Assembly (NCBI GenBank): GCA_965218795.1
Contig: OZ244653.1
Location: 2,656,001-2,720,000 of the forward strand
DNA length: 64,000 nt
Reading direction: 5' to 3'
Origin: a bacterium
GTDB lineage: Bacteria > UBA8248 > JACPRG01 > G963555815
Shown here: positions 1-10,127 of the stretch, in pieces
Numbering within the stretch: the first letter of the stretch is position 1
Layout of the letters: the number at the start of each line of letters is the position of its first letter
Program-made: the position numbers and the translations under genes
The notes under the pieces: generated by a model
The model's input: only the letters and a program-made list of their open reading frames with translations
What the model was told of the DNA's origin: nothing
Database searches by the model: none

Positions 1-992
1 TGGGCGTCTCCCCCAGCGGGTACTACGCGTGGCGAGGCCGTGGGCGTTCTCCTCGTGCGAAGCGCGACGAGGTGTTGGGGGGCACGATACGGGCCATCCA
101 CGAGGCATCTGGTGGCACCTACGGGGCGCCTCGGGTCCATGCCGAGCTGATGGCCGGCGGCTGCCGGGTGAGCCGCAAACGGGTGGCTCGTCTGATGCGC
201 GAGGCAGGGTTGGCCGGGGTGAGCCGACGCCGAGGTATGCGCACTACGCGCGTGGACCAGAGCCATTGTGTGGTCCCGGACCGGGTCGAACGCCAGTTCC
301 AGGCCGATGGGCCGGATCGGCTTTGGGTGGCCGACGTGACCTACGTGCCGACCTGGACGGGGTTCGTGTACCTGGCCATCGTGCTCGACGTGTTCAGCCG
401 CCGGGCGGTGGGCTGGTCCATGACCCACCATCTTCGCACCGAACTGGTGCTCGGGGCGCTGAACATGGCGTTGGGACAGCGCCGCCCCGACGGGGTCGTG
501 CATCACTCCGACAGGGGATCGCAGTACACTTCGCTCGCCTTCGGCAAGCGGTGCCGCCAGATGGGGGTGGTTCCCTCGACCGGGTCGGCCGGGGATTGCT
601 TCGACAACGCCATGGCCGAGAGCTTCTTTGCCACGCTGGAGTGCGAGCTCATCGACCGGCGCTCGTTCCGTACCCAGGCCGAAGCGCGCATGGCGATCTT
701 CCAATTCATCGAAGGCTGGTACAACCCACGCCGTCGTCATTCGGCCCTGGGTTACCTCAGCCCCAACGACTTCGAACGCGCCGCGGCGAAGGAAACGCCA
801 CGTGCAGTGCGCAACGCTCATCGTCCGGCTCGAGCCGTCCCCGGCGCTTCCCAGAGCGGCGAGCCAAAGGTCAAGACATACCCCCCGGGGGCACCCTATC
901 TATCGGATAGGGAGAAGACTTTACGTCCACCGGCTGTCGCCCACCTCAGGGCTGGGGACGACAGCCATAAACTGTCCACTGAAACGGGGTAA
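1..992 (+). CDS. IS3-family transposase OrfB (5' partial)
   Basis: YGAPRV, WVADVTY, LDVFSR, HSDRGSQY, DNAMAESFF, YNPRRRHSALGYLSP motifs. Confidence 0.95.
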   Translation, partial: GVSPSGYYAWRGRGRSPRAKRDEVLGGTIRAIHEASGGTYGAPRVHAELMAGGCRVSRKRVARLMREAGLAGVSRRRGMRTTRVDQSHCVVPDRVERQFQADGPDRLWVADVTYVPTWTGFVYLAIVLDVFSRRAVGWSMTHHLRTELVLGALNMALGQRRPDGVVHHSDRGSQYTSLAFGKRCRQMGVVPSTGSAGDCFDNAMAESFFATLECELIDRRSFRTQAEARMAIFQFIEGWYNPRRRHSALGYLSPNDFERAAAKETPRAVRNAHRPARAVPGASQSGEPKVKTYPPGAPYLSDREKTLRPPAVAHLRAGDDSHKLSTETG

Positions 993-997
993 ATCCA
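1..997 (+). mobile_element. IS3-family insertion sequence, right part (runs off window start)
   Basis: OrfB DDE transposase; right terminal IR AACTGTCCACTGAAACGGGGTAAATCCA ends at 997; related copy at 47834-52215. Confidence 0.93.
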
Positions 998-1560
998 GGT
1001 CGACGAACGGTCGAGTGGCTGTGGGTTGGCGTCCGCATCCCTGGTTCAACATCAACGTTGCGTGGAACGGGCTCGGCACACACAGCAATACAGAGCAGTT
1101 TCGTCTGGCATTCTCACTGCCCTTGAGGAAACGCGCAAAACGGCCGCGGTGGGCGGGCCTGGGCCTTGTGGGCGGCGGTTCGAAGCCGTCCGCCGTCGAC
1201 TCCTGGAGTCCGGTCGAGAATATCGACGTCATCCATGTGGCGCGACGTGAGATCGCGAGCGATCCTCTCGTCTCCTCGGCGACGGTCCGTTTTCTTCAGG
1301 AAAGCGCGAGCAGTGGTGACGAAATCGGCATCGAAGTCAGCCTCACTGCCGTAACATCCCGCGATCTGGATCTGGTTTTGACGCTCGCGCCCGGCACGGG
1401 CGACAACCCTGCCGTGCCGGGAGTGGACTTTGTGGACGAACCCGTCTCGGTCACGATTCGCGCGGGAACGTCCAGCGCCGTTGTCACCATTCAACTCCCG
1501 CTGAATTCCGAACTGAACGAATCCCGGTCTCTGAGTGTCACAGTAAGATCGGCGTCCTGA
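998..1560 (+). pseudogene. C-terminal remnant of an inverse-autotransporter/invasin-like protein with a Calx-beta-like domain, truncated by IS3
   Basis: Beta-strand pattern (VAVGWRPHPWFNINVAW...FRLAFSLPL, SPVENIDVIHV), then AVPGVDFVDEPVSVTIRAGTSSAVVTI; begins right at the IS end. Confidence 0.55.
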
Positions 1561-1590
1561 CCAAATGGCGCCCTCTGACATCGCGAGGCG

Positions 1591-4476
1591 ATGGAGCCCA
1601 TCGAAATGACTACTCGTTCACACAGCTTGAAGTTGATCGCGTCCATGGCGCTTGTCGTGATGACATGCATTGGACTTGCGGGTTGCGGTGGCGGAGGCGG
1701 TGGTGGTTCCAGGCCGGCCAGCGGCGGCGGGGACCAGATGACGATCGAGCCGCGGCCGTCACAGGACCGTCCGGACTTGGCGGTGGGTTCGCCATCGGTG
1801 AGCGTCAGCAACCCGGCCGCCGGGGCGACGTTCACCCTGTCGGCGTCGGTGCGGAACGGCGGCGCCGGAGCCTCGCCGGCCACGACGCTGCGCTACTACC
1901 GGTCCACGGACGCAACCATCACGACATCGGACACATCGGTGGGGACGGAAGCGGTGCAGGGGCTTGCCGCTTCGGGGAGCGTCGGCGCGTCGCTGGACCT
2001 GACCGCGCCGTCGAGCCCGGGGACATACTACTACGGCGCGTGCGTGGACACGGTGGCGGGAGAGTCCGACACGACGAACGACTGCTCGAGTTCCGTAACT
2101 GTCGTAGTGGCTGGGCCGGACCTGGTAGTGGTATCGCCATCGGTGAGCGACAGCAGCCTGGCCGCCGGGGCGGGTTTCACCCTGTCGGCGACGGTGCGGA
2201 ACGACGGGGACGGGGACTCGTCGGCCAGCACGCTGCGCTACTACCGGTCGACGGACGCGACGATCACGACGTCCGATACATCAGTGGGCACGGATGAGGT
2301 GGCGGAGCTGTCCGCGTCGGCAACCAGCAACGAGTCGGTGGACCTGACGGCGCCTTCGAGCCCCGGCACGTACTACTACGGCGCGTGCGTGGATACGGTG
2401 GCGGTAGAGTCCGACACCACCAACAACTGCTCGAGTTCCGTAGCTGTCAATGTACTGGATCCACAATTGCAGGTGGTGAATGAGCCGGATCTAGTGGTGG
2501 CGTCGCCTTCGGTGAGCGACAACGACCCGGCCGCCGGGGCGGGTTTCACGCTGTCGGCGACGGTGCGGAACGACGGGGACGGGGACGCGCCGGCCACGAC
2601 GCTGCGCTACTACCGGTCCACGGACGCAACCATCACGACGTCCGACACGGCGGAGGGCACGGATGCGGTGGGCGCGTTGTCGGTGTCGGGAACCAGCGCG
2701 GAGTCAATCTCGGTGACGGCGCCCTTGAGCCCCGGCACGTACTACTACGGCGCGTGCGTGGACACGGTGACTGACGAGTCCGACACCACCAACAACTGCT
2801 CGTCCTCCGTGCAGGTCACGGTGCCGCAGCCGGTTTATCCCGACCTTGAGGTGGGATCACCCTCGGTGAGCGACAGCAACCCGGGGCCGGGAGGGTCGTT
2901 CACCCTGTCGGCGACGGTGAGCAACACGGGCGACGGTGAGTCGCCGGCGACGACGCTGCGCTACTACCGGTCCACGGACGCAACCATCACGACGTCCGAC
3001 ACATCGGTGGGGACGGACGCAGTGGGTTCGCTCTCGGCGTCGGGGCGCAGCGCGGAGTCGATCTCGCTGACGGCGCCGTCGAGCCCTGGGACGTACTATT
3101 ACGGCGCGTGCGTGGACGCGGTGACGGACGAATCGGACACGTCGAACAACTGCTCGTCGTCCGTGCAGGTGACCGTCCGGGAACCTGAACCGGCCGAAGT
3201 GGAAGTTACCCCGGACGAGGTGACGTTGACGGCGTTGGGCAATACTGCCACGTTGACGGCACGCGTCCTGGACGCGCAGGGCAACGAAATTTCCGGGGAG
3301 ACGGTGTCGTGGTCCTCCGTCTCCCCCGAAGTGGCGACCGTGGATGCGGCGGGCAGGGTGACGGCCGTCGCGAATGGCCGGGCGACGATGACGGCGTCCG
3401 CGTCCGGCGTCTCCGACACGGCAACCGTGATCGTGTACCAGCGGGCGGACTCCGTGGATATCGATCCCGCCGAGGTGGAGCTGACTTCGGTGGGCGAGAC
3501 TGTCTTGCTGACGCTGAGCGCCATTGACGCCAACGGTCACGAAGCCCCTAACGGAGGGGACCTCACCTCCTGGCGCTGGCGATCGGCCGACCCGGATGTG
3601 GCAACGGTAAGTCCTGTTCCGGTCATCACTCTGGAGGCGGAGGTGCAGGCAGTCGCGTCCGGGACGACCACGGTGACAGTGACTGCAGTGACGGAGGACG
3701 GCGGGAGCCTGAGCGCGACGGCACAGGTGACGGTGACGGTGCCGGAGGAGGGCAAACCGGACCTGGATATCCGGTCCCTCGGGGCCGTTACAGTTGTCGG
3801 AAACACATACCCGTTGGAGACCTTCCAACTGGGGGCGACGGTGTCGAATGACGGGGACGGGCCCTCGGAAGCGACGACGCTGCGGATTTACCGGTCGGTG
3901 GACACGACGGTCGATACGTCCGACACGCCGGTGGGCACGGCGTCGGTGGCGGGGCTGGCTGCTTCGGAGAACGCCAGCACGACAATAAGTGTGAGGTCGC
4001 CGTTGAGCCCGGGGACGTACTACTACGGCGCGTGTGTGGACGCGGTGGCGGGGGAGTCCGATACGACCAACAACTGCGGAGGATCCCTCCCGGTCCCTGT
4101 GGTACCGCGAGGGAGACCGGATCTGGTGGTGCAAACGCCTAGCCTCGCCCCCCCCTTCCCGACCACCGGGGCGACGTTCACCCTGACGGCGACGGTGTGG
4201 AACTTTGCGCAGGTGGTCGACGGAACCTCGGAGGCCACGACGCTGCGGTACTACTGGTCAGCGGACGGGACGGTTACGACATCCGACACGCAGGTAGGCA
4301 CGGATGTGGTTCCGGCGCTGGGCCCTCGTGGCAGGAGCACTCAGTCGGTGGAACTGACCGCACCGTCGACGCCGGGAACGTACTACTATGCCGCGTGCGT
4401 GGACGCGGTGCCGAACGAGTCCGATACGACCAACAACTGTTCGACCGGGAAGTCGGTCCATGTACGGGAGCCGTAG
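1591..4476 (+). CDS. Surface lipoprotein with six CARDB-like Ig repeats and two Big_2-like domains
   Basis: Lipobox LAGC then Gly linker; six PDL..SPSV...TLRYYRSTD...PGTYYYGACVD..ESDTTNNC units; VSWSSVSPEVATVD Big_2 signature. Confidence 0.88.
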   Translation: MEPIEMTTRSHSLKLIASMALVVMTCIGLAGCGGGGGGGSRPASGGGDQMTIEPRPSQDRPDLAVGSPSVSVSNPAAGATFTLSASVRNGGAGASPATTLRYYRSTDATITTSDTSVGTEAVQGLAASGSVGASLDLTAPSSPGTYYYGACVDTVAGESDTTNDCSSSVTVVVAGPDLVVVSPSVSDSSLAAGAGFTLSATVRNDGDGDSSASTLRYYRSTDATITTSDTSVGTDEVAELSASATSNESVDLTAPSSPGTYYYGACVDTVAVESDTTNNCSSSVAVNVLDPQLQVVNEPDLVVASPSVSDNDPAAGAGFTLSATVRNDGDGDAPATTLRYYRSTDATITTSDTAEGTDAVGALSVSGTSAESISVTAPLSPGTYYYGACVDTVTDESDTTNNCSSSVQVTVPQPVYPDLEVGSPSVSDSNPGPGGSFTLSATVSNTGDGESPATTLRYYRSTDATITTSDTSVGTDAVGSLSASGRSAESISLTAPSSPGTYYYGACVDAVTDESDTSNNCSSSVQVTVREPEPAEVEVTPDEVTLTALGNTATLTARVLDAQGNEISGETVSWSSVSPEVATVDAAGRVTAVANGRATMTASASGVSDTATVIVYQRADSVDIDPAEVELTSVGETVLLTLSAIDANGHEAPNGGDLTSWRWRSADPDVATVSPVPVITLEAEVQAVASGTTTVTVTAVTEDGGSLSATAQVTVTVPEEGKPDLDIRSLGAVTVVGNTYPLETFQLGATVSNDGDGPSEATTLRIYRSVDTTVDTSDTPVGTASVAGLAASENASTTISVRSPLSPGTYYYGACVDAVAGESDTTNNCGGSLPVPVVPRGRPDLVVQTPSLAPPFPTTGATFTLTATVWNFAQVVDGTSEATTLRYYWSADGTVTTSDTQVGTDVVPALGPRGRSTQSVELTAPSTPGTYYYAACVDAVPNESDTTNNCSTGKSVHVREP

Positions 4477-4667
4477 GGCCATCCGTACCCGCCGCGATCC
4501 GCAGGGTCTCGGTCGCTACCGAGGTTGCGCCGACGAGTCGATCCTCGCTGCCGTCCAGCGGCGATTCTGGACCCTCGTTGCGGGAATCCCCGTCGTTCCG
4601 GTCATGTACCCGCCCATGGATCGATGAGGGCGTCGTCAAGACTACGGATCGTGATACTCGCCATCCA

Positions 4668-4955
4668 GGCATCCAGGTGACTGCGACGGTGTTGCATGAC
4701 GGGGACGGACCCTCGGAAGCGACGACGCTGCGGATTTACCGGTCGGCGGACACGACGGTCGATACATCCGACACGCAGGTGGGCACGGCCGTGGTGGCGG
4801 GGCTGGCCGCTTCGGAGGATGCCGGCACGGCGATGCCAGTGAACTCGCCGTCGACCCCGGGGACGTCCTACTACGGCGAGTGCGTGGACGCAGTGATGGG
4901 CGAGTTCGACACCACCAACAACTGCTCGGCATCCGTGCAGGTCGGTGTCAATTGA
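4668..4955 (+). pseudogene. Orphan CARDB-like repeat unit outside the lipoprotein gene
   Basis: Close DNA copy of repeat 5 (about 3830-4080): DGDGPSEATTLRIYRS..DTTVDTSDT; no plausible start. Confidence 0.7.
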
Positions 4956-5142
4956 ATTTTCTTTCTCCGCGCTCTGATGCGGTGCCTAGTGATCGTAGGC
5001 AAGAACTGACGGCCAGAGGCGGGAGATGGGCCGCGACCGTTGAGGTGCGCGCGCTCCTCAAGCCTCCGCCCGTGCGCGTGCAGCGTCCCCCAGGGGGCGG
5101 GTCGAACCGTCCGGCTGGGGCGCTTTCGCCTCCATCTCCGGG

Positions 5143-5300
5143 GCCGTGATCGCCGTCGGCAAGGTCGGCGTCGAGACCCGCGATCAGGTGGTGGAGCACA
5201 TCGACGGGGGTGCGGTGCGGGAGATCCTCGTCTGCGAGGGCGGCCGGGTCAAGGCGGGCGACGTGCTCGTCCGCTTCGACTTCCGGTTCGCTCGGAACGC
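5143..5300 (+). pseudogene. Fragment of a HlyD-family type I secretion adaptor
   Basis: VIAVGKVGVETRDQVVEHIDGGAVREILVCEGGRVKAGDVLVRFD barrel-sandwich motif only. Confidence 0.65.
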
Positions 5301-5428
5301 GGCACGAGAGCGTCGGGGTCCGTCCCGAGCAGGGGCTGATACTGCGCTCGCGTTGCGCTGGTAGGTCCGGGCCGATGACTGTGTGCGGTGCAAGCGTCCC
5401 ATCGGAGTCCCTGTGGAGGCTTTTTCTC

Positions 5429-6187
5429 TCACACCTTCCTGACCACCCACAACACCTTGCCGAGGACGTGGACGTCCTGGGCGAGGCATGTGTAAGGGGC
5501 GTAGTCCGGATTGGCGGAGAGCAGCCTGAGCCGGGGCGGCTCGTCCTCGCCCGCCCCATCGCCGCGCACCGGCTCGACCTGCTTGACCACCAGCCCGTTG
5601 CCGTCCCACAGCACGAACGTCTCGCCCGTTGCCGGCAACCGCCGCGAGACGTCCACCACGATCCGGTCGCCCTCGCGCATCTCCGGCTCCATCGAGTTGC
5701 CCCGCACCCTGAGGATGCGCACGTTCTCGGGCGCCGCGCCGCCCTCGTAGCGGATCATGTTCTCCGGCCAGTGCCAGCGCGCCGTCTCGGAGACGAACTC
5801 CTCGGCGAGCGCTCCCGCCCCGGCCCCGGCCTCCACCGCGATCTCCGGGATGGCCGCGACCGGGGCGCCGGGAAGCCCGGCCGGCGGCCGGGACCGTCTG
5901 CGCTTCATGGGCCTGCGTTTCGGAACGGTCTCGTGGCGCAGCTCCCCGCCGGCGCAGCCGAGCAGGTCGGCCAGGGCCTCGCTGTCCCGATACCCGAGGA
6001 CCGCGGGCACCCCGCGGTCCACGTACTGCTGCAGATAGGTCTTGTTACGGCCGATGGCCAGCGAGGCGGCAGCGAGCGTGAGGTCGCTGCGCCTGAGCAG
6101 GTCCCTCAGCCTGAGCCGGACCGGGTCCCGCCTGATCGCCTCTCTCTCATCCGTCTCCCCGTCCGGGTTCATCCCCTTTCCTTCCAC
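5429..6187 (-). CDS. CI/LexA-like repressor with S24 autopeptidase domain
   Basis: N-terminal HTH (LAAASLAIGRNKTYLQQY); AGAG cleavage-site motif; VRGNSMEP catalytic Ser; LVVK catalytic Lys; LSANPDY. Confidence 0.9.
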   Translation of the reverse strand: MEGKGMNPDGETDEREAIRRDPVRLRLRDLLRRSDLTLAAASLAIGRNKTYLQQYVDRGVPAVLGYRDSEALADLLGCAGGELRHETVPKRRPMKRRRSRPPAGLPGAPVAAIPEIAVEAGAGAGALAEEFVSETARWHWPENMIRYEGGAAPENVRILRVRGNSMEPEMREGDRIVVDVSRRLPATGETFVLWDGNGLVVKQVEPVRGDGAGEDEPPRLRLLSANPDYAPYTCLAQDVHVLGKVLWVVRKV

Positions 6188-6261
6188 CTGCCGTCTCCCC
6201 GATTTTTTGCCGCATTGCTGCGCAGCCCGCCGCAGACGTGGGCAGGCATGTAATGTATCTG

Positions 6262-6292
6262 TAGGTTATACACTATTAAAACCTATTGTCAA
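6262..6292 (-). promoter_or_regulatory. Sigma70-like promoter for the repressor, overlapped by a palindromic operator
   Basis: Minus strand TTGACA(6292-6287)-N16-TATAAC(6270-6265); TAGGTT-N12-AACCTA at 6262-6285; AT-rich island between divergent genes. Confidence 0.6.
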
Positions 6293-6321
6293 GCGCGAAT
6301 CTCCCCTTTATTTTCATGCAC

Positions 6322-7086
6322 ATGACAACGCCCGGCACCCCCTCCGATATGCCTCTGGATGAGCGCCTGCGCCGGACCGTTGCGGCCTGGCGCGTACGCC
6401 ACGGCATGAGCGCCCGGCGCTTCGGAATGGAGGCATTGGGAGATCCGGGTTTCGTGGGCTCCCAGATGCGGGGGCGTTCGGTGCGGCTGGCCACGGCGGA
6501 CCGGGTCCTGGCCTTCATGGGGCATCCGCCCCTGGGTCCCGTGTTCCGGCGCGAGGTCGAAACGTTCCTGGCCGTGACCGGGACCAAGCTCTCGGTATTG
6601 GGCCTGGAGGCTGCCGGCAATCCGTCCTTCGTGGGAAGGCTGCGCCGGGGGGCCTCGCCGCAGCTGACCACGGTCGATCGGGTGCGCGCCTGGATGGCGG
6701 CCCAGGCCAGCGCGGAAGAGGCCCGGGCCATCCGCGCCGGGGTGACGGACGCAGCGAACCCATCCGCCGGGGCGATCCCGCCCGGTCCATCCACCGCTCC
6801 GGTCCCGCCTGCCGGGTCCGGGGCCGACCTCGAACGAGAAGGAGACACGCGCATGAACGACAACAACGGCAGGCATTACCTGAGCACGCGGGAGGCGGCC
6901 GCATGGCTGGGCCTGTCGCCCAGGACCCTGGACCGGTACCGGGTGAGCGGCGAGGGACCGGTGTTCCACCGGTTCGGGTCCCGGGTGCGCTACCTGCTCG
7001 CCGACCTGGAGACCTGGGCCTCGGCCCGGCGGCGGGTCTCGACCTCGGACGACGGCGAGGCCGGACGAAGGAGGGAGGCGCGATGA
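6322..7086 (+). CDS. Tandem Cro-like HTH domains fused to an AlpA/excisionase-like HTH
   Basis: Two repeats (FG.EA.G.P.FV..R.G.S..L.T.DRV) plus YLSTREAAAWLGLSPRTLDRYRVSGEGPVFHRFGSRVRY; internal AAGGAG and ATG at 6853. Confidence 0.8.
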   Translation: MTTPGTPSDMPLDERLRRTVAAWRVRHGMSARRFGMEALGDPGFVGSQMRGRSVRLATADRVLAFMGHPPLGPVFRREVETFLAVTGTKLSVLGLEAAGNPSFVGRLRRGASPQLTTVDRVRAWMAAQASAEEARAIRAGVTDAANPSAGAIPPGPSTAPVPPAGSGADLEREGDTRMNDNNGRHYLSTREAAAWLGLSPRTLDRYRVSGEGPVFHRFGSRVRYLLADLETWASARRRVSTSDDGEAGRRREAR

Positions 7087-7379
7087 GAACGCTTGTTCTG
7101 ACAAAACGGATGGTCCCGGCGCTCGTGTTGACGCTGGGGAGCCTGGAGGCGGCCTGGGCCTCGACGGACACGACCTTCTCGAGTCCGCTCGGCACGGTGA
7201 CCGACATCGTCTCGGGCACGGGCGGGCAGCTCGCGGCCGCGCTGGCGGTGGGCGCCGCTCTGGTCGGCTCGGTCCTGCGCTTCAACGCCACGCAGTTGAT
7301 GGGCGCGGTCGGCGTGGGCATCGCGGCCGGGGCCGGCACGGGCATCGTCACCGGCCTTGTCGGCACGGCGATCGTATGA
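7083..7379 (+). CDS. traA: Conjugative pilin (TraA/VirB2-like)
   Basis: 98 aa; signal peptide (AAWA-S) plus two hydrophobic segments; first gene before traL. Confidence 0.7.
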   Translation: MRTLVLTKRMVPALVLTLGSLEAAWASTDTTFSSPLGTVTDIVSGTGGQLAAALAVGAALVGSVLRFNATQLMGAVGVGIAAGAGTGIVTGLVGTAIV

Positions 7380-7391
7380 GGAGAGCGGACG

Positions 7392-7590
7392 ATGAGCGAT
7401 CCGGCCCGGCACACGATCCCCTCGCGTCTGGACGATCCCGAGCGTTGGCTGTTCTGGACCCTGGACGAGGCGGCGGCGCTCCTGGGGCCTGCGGTCCTGG
7501 GGCTGGCCGCCAACGCCTTCGTGACCGGGCTGGTGGCCGGTCTCGGGGCCTGGGCCTTGCTGCGCCGGGCCAAGCGGAGCGGCGGCGGGT
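7392..7590 (+). pseudogene. traL: TraL, 3'-truncated by deletion
   Basis: HTIPSRLDDPERWLFWTLDE signature; C-terminal part absent after KRSGGG. Confidence 0.8.
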
Positions 7591-8110
7591 GCGCGACGGG
7601 CGCGCGGCCCTGGCCGGGCTCCTGGGCCTCTCGCTCCTGGCCAATCTGGGCCTGAGCGTCGGTCTGGCCTCGGTGGATCGCATGGCGGTGCTGATCCCGG
7701 CGGTCACGGGGCCTGCCTGGGAGGTCGGAAGCAGCCGGGCCGGGCTTCGCTATCTGGAGGACATGGGGCGGACCGTGGCGGTGACCCTTCTGACGCTGAC
7801 GCCGGAGAGCGCGGAACACGTGCGCGAAGCAGTGGCGCGGCTGAGCCATGCCTCGGCCCGGGGCGCGATCGGGGCCTGGGTAGCGGCCGAGGCCGGGCGC
7901 ATGGCGCGGCGGGACCTGGCGACCGCCTTCTATCCCGAGCGCATCGAGGCGGACCCGGAGAGGTTGACGGTCCTGGTGACCGGAGAGCTCGCGACCTGGC
8001 TCGGGCGCGAGCCGGTCTCGCGCGAGCGCAAGCAATACCGGCTGGCCTTCCGCGTGGATGCCGGCCGGATCGGCCTGGTGCGTTTCGAAGAACTGGAGGA
8101 CCGAGAATGA
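7580..8110 (+). pseudogene. traE: TraE lacking its start region
   Basis: LSLLANLGL TM segment, YLEDMGR..LLTLTPES, AFYPERI, VTGELATWLG; no native start in frame after the traL junction. Confidence 0.75.
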
Positions 8111-8892
8111 AGCAAGTGACGAAAACCAGGGGTGCAAAAGGCCGAGCCCCGGCCCCGGCCGGGGGAGCCTTCACCCGTGTGTCCATGGGAGCGCTTCTTC
8201 TTGGAACGCTCTTTCACTGCATGCCGGCGTCGGCGATGCAGATCCTGGCGGCCGTGGACCACGCGGAGCTGAAAGCGGAGGTCTCGGACCGGGCGGTGAG
8301 CCGCATCGCGCTGGCGGGCGACCGGATCGCGCGGGTGATCCGCGGACCGGACGGTTTCCATGTCGAGCACGACGCGGCGCGCGGCGACATCTACCTGCGG
8401 CCCGCAAGCGTCACCAGAGCCCCCCGGGAGCCGGTGACGCTCTTCATCGGCACGGCCGCGGGCTTCACCTACCGGATGGCGTTGACCGTGGCCGCTCGCG
8501 GCTCGGCCCAGATCCTGATCCGCAACGCGGACGCCGCACCCGAACCGGACGTCCAAGGGCCGGGCGATGAACGCGTGGGTGCGCTGGTGGAGCTGGTCCG
8601 GGCGGTGGCGAGGCGCGAGACCCTGCCCGGCTACGCGATCGAGACGCCTTCGGGAACAGACTACAAGGAAAACCTTTCCACCATCGAGATCTGGCGGGGG
8701 CCCCGGTTCATTGCGCGCGTGCTGGAAACAGGCGTCAGCCCGGGATCCGATGCCGAGGCCCTGGCCGGCCGGCTCGGGCCGGGCGCGGCCGCGATCTGGC
8801 TGGCGGGGCCGGGGACCGGCCCATCGGGCGGACGGCTCGCGGTGGCCGTGCATGACGCCTTCCGGACCCATTTCACGGAGGGGGCGCCATGA
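8107..8892 (+). CDS. traK: F-type secretin-like TraK
   Basis: VSDRAVSRIALAGDRI, GDIYLRP, VTLFIGT..GFTY; gene order. Confidence 0.85.
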   Translation: MKQVTKTRGAKGRAPAPAGGAFTRVSMGALLLGTLFHCMPASAMQILAAVDHAELKAEVSDRAVSRIALAGDRIARVIRGPDGFHVEHDAARGDIYLRPASVTRAPREPVTLFIGTAAGFTYRMALTVAARGSAQILIRNADAAPEPDVQGPGDERVGALVELVRAVARRETLPGYAIETPSGTDYKENLSTIEIWRGPRFIARVLETGVSPGSDAEALAGRLGPGAAAIWLAGPGTGPSGGRLAVAVHDAFRTHFTEGAP

Positions 8893-10127
8893 GCGGTTCG
8901 GATAAAGCCCCCATGGATCCGGAGGCCCGGCGCACCCGTCAGCAACAGGTGCTCCTGTTCTCGGGCGTGGCCGCGGCAGTGCTGATCGTGTTCGCGGTGT
9001 GGATCTCGGCGGGCGGAGGCGGAGGCTCGCCGCCGCCGACCGGGATCGAGGCGAAGCTGGCCGGGCCGGAGACGGCGGAGGTGAGCTGGGTGCGCCGCTC
9101 GGAGGCGCGGATCGGCGAACTGGAGACGCGGCTCAGGGACATGGAGACGCGGGGCCGGCGGGTCGAGCAGGAGAACGCGCGGCTCCGGGAGCGTCTCACG
9201 CGCAACGCCGAGGATGGCCGGGCGGTGATCGACCGGCAGGCGGCAACGATCGAGAAGATGCGCGGCCGGCTCGGAGCCCGGGCGGCCGTGCCGGGTCCGG
9301 CGGGCACGGATGATTTTACCCGTGCGGGTTCAAGCAGGCCCGCTTCCGGCAAGAGAGCCCCCGCGGCCTCGGATGCCGCACCGGCCGCACCGATGATCCA
9401 GGAGTTCGAGAATGATGCGGATCCGGCGGGGGACAAGAACGCCGCTGATCCGGGATCCCGTTCGCTGGGGTCCTGGCTGCCGGCGGGGTCCTATGCGGAC
9501 GCCGTGGTGCTGGCCGGCGTGGACGCCTCGGCGGGCGTCGCCTCCCAGGGCGAGCCGCGCCCGGTGCTGCTGCGGCTGACCGGTCCGGCCCGGAGCGCGG
9601 CCGAGGGCGGCGAAGCGCTCGAAGTGGACGTGACGGGGTGCACCCTGACCGGCGCCGGCTACGGGGACCTCTCCTCGGAGAAGGTCTACGTCCGTCTGAG
9701 GACCCTGACGTGCGCCGGGCCGGATCCGGAAACCGTGATCGAGACCCAGGTCGCGGGCTTCGTGGCCGGCAGCGGCAAGGTCGGCGTGCGGGGTCCGGTG
9801 GTGAGCCGCGAGGGGGCCCTGGTCGAGAAGGCGTTCCTCGCGGGCCTCATCTCGGGCGTGGGCGAAACCGCCGCCAACCTGCTTCAGGCACCGGCCAGGA
9901 CAACCTCGGACGGAGCCTTGAACGCGGCGAGTCTCGCCGATCTCGGCCGGGCCGGTCTTGGCGCCGGCGCGGGCTCGGCCGGCCGCAGGGTGGCCGACTA
10001 CCTGATCCGCCGGGCCGAGCAGTACCAACCGGTGATCCAGCTCCAGACGGGCACGCGGGTGACGGTGGTGTTCATCGAGGGTGCCCGGATCGACGGGCGC
10101 GCGGACAAACAGAGAGGAAGCAAATGA
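8889..10127 (+). CDS. traB: TraB (VirB10-like)
   Basis: LPAGSYADAVVLAGVDA, GDLSSEKVYVRL, GPVVSREG, ADYLIRRAEQYQPVI. Confidence 0.92.
   Translation: MSGSDKAPMDPEARRTRQQQVLLFSGVAAAVLIVFAVWISAGGGGGSPPPTGIEAKLAGPETAEVSWVRRSEARIGELETRLRDMETRGRRVEQENARLRERLTRNAEDGRAVIDRQAATIEKMRGRLGARAAVPGPAGTDDFTRAGSSRPASGKRAPAASDAAPAAPMIQEFENDADPAGDKNAADPGSRSLGSWLPAGSYADAVVLAGVDASAGVASQGEPRPVLLRLTGPARSAAEGGEALEVDVTGCTLTGAGYGDLSSEKVYVRLRTLTCAGPDPETVIETQVAGFVAGSGKVGVRGPVVSREGALVEKAFLAGLISGVGETAANLLQAPARTTSDGALNAASLADLGRAGLGAGAGSAGRRVADYLIRRAEQYQPVIQLQTGTRVTVVFIEGARIDGRADKQRGSK

Noticed and set aside
628-1560. 310-aa ORF as a real gene
   Set aside because: It is a chimera of an IS3 alternative frame read through into the truncated downstream gene.
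1770-4470. Long repeats as a CRISPR array or DGR template/variable pair
   Set aside because: Repeats are in-frame protein domains without unique spacers. There is no cas or reverse transcriptase gene, and differences are not adenine-specific.
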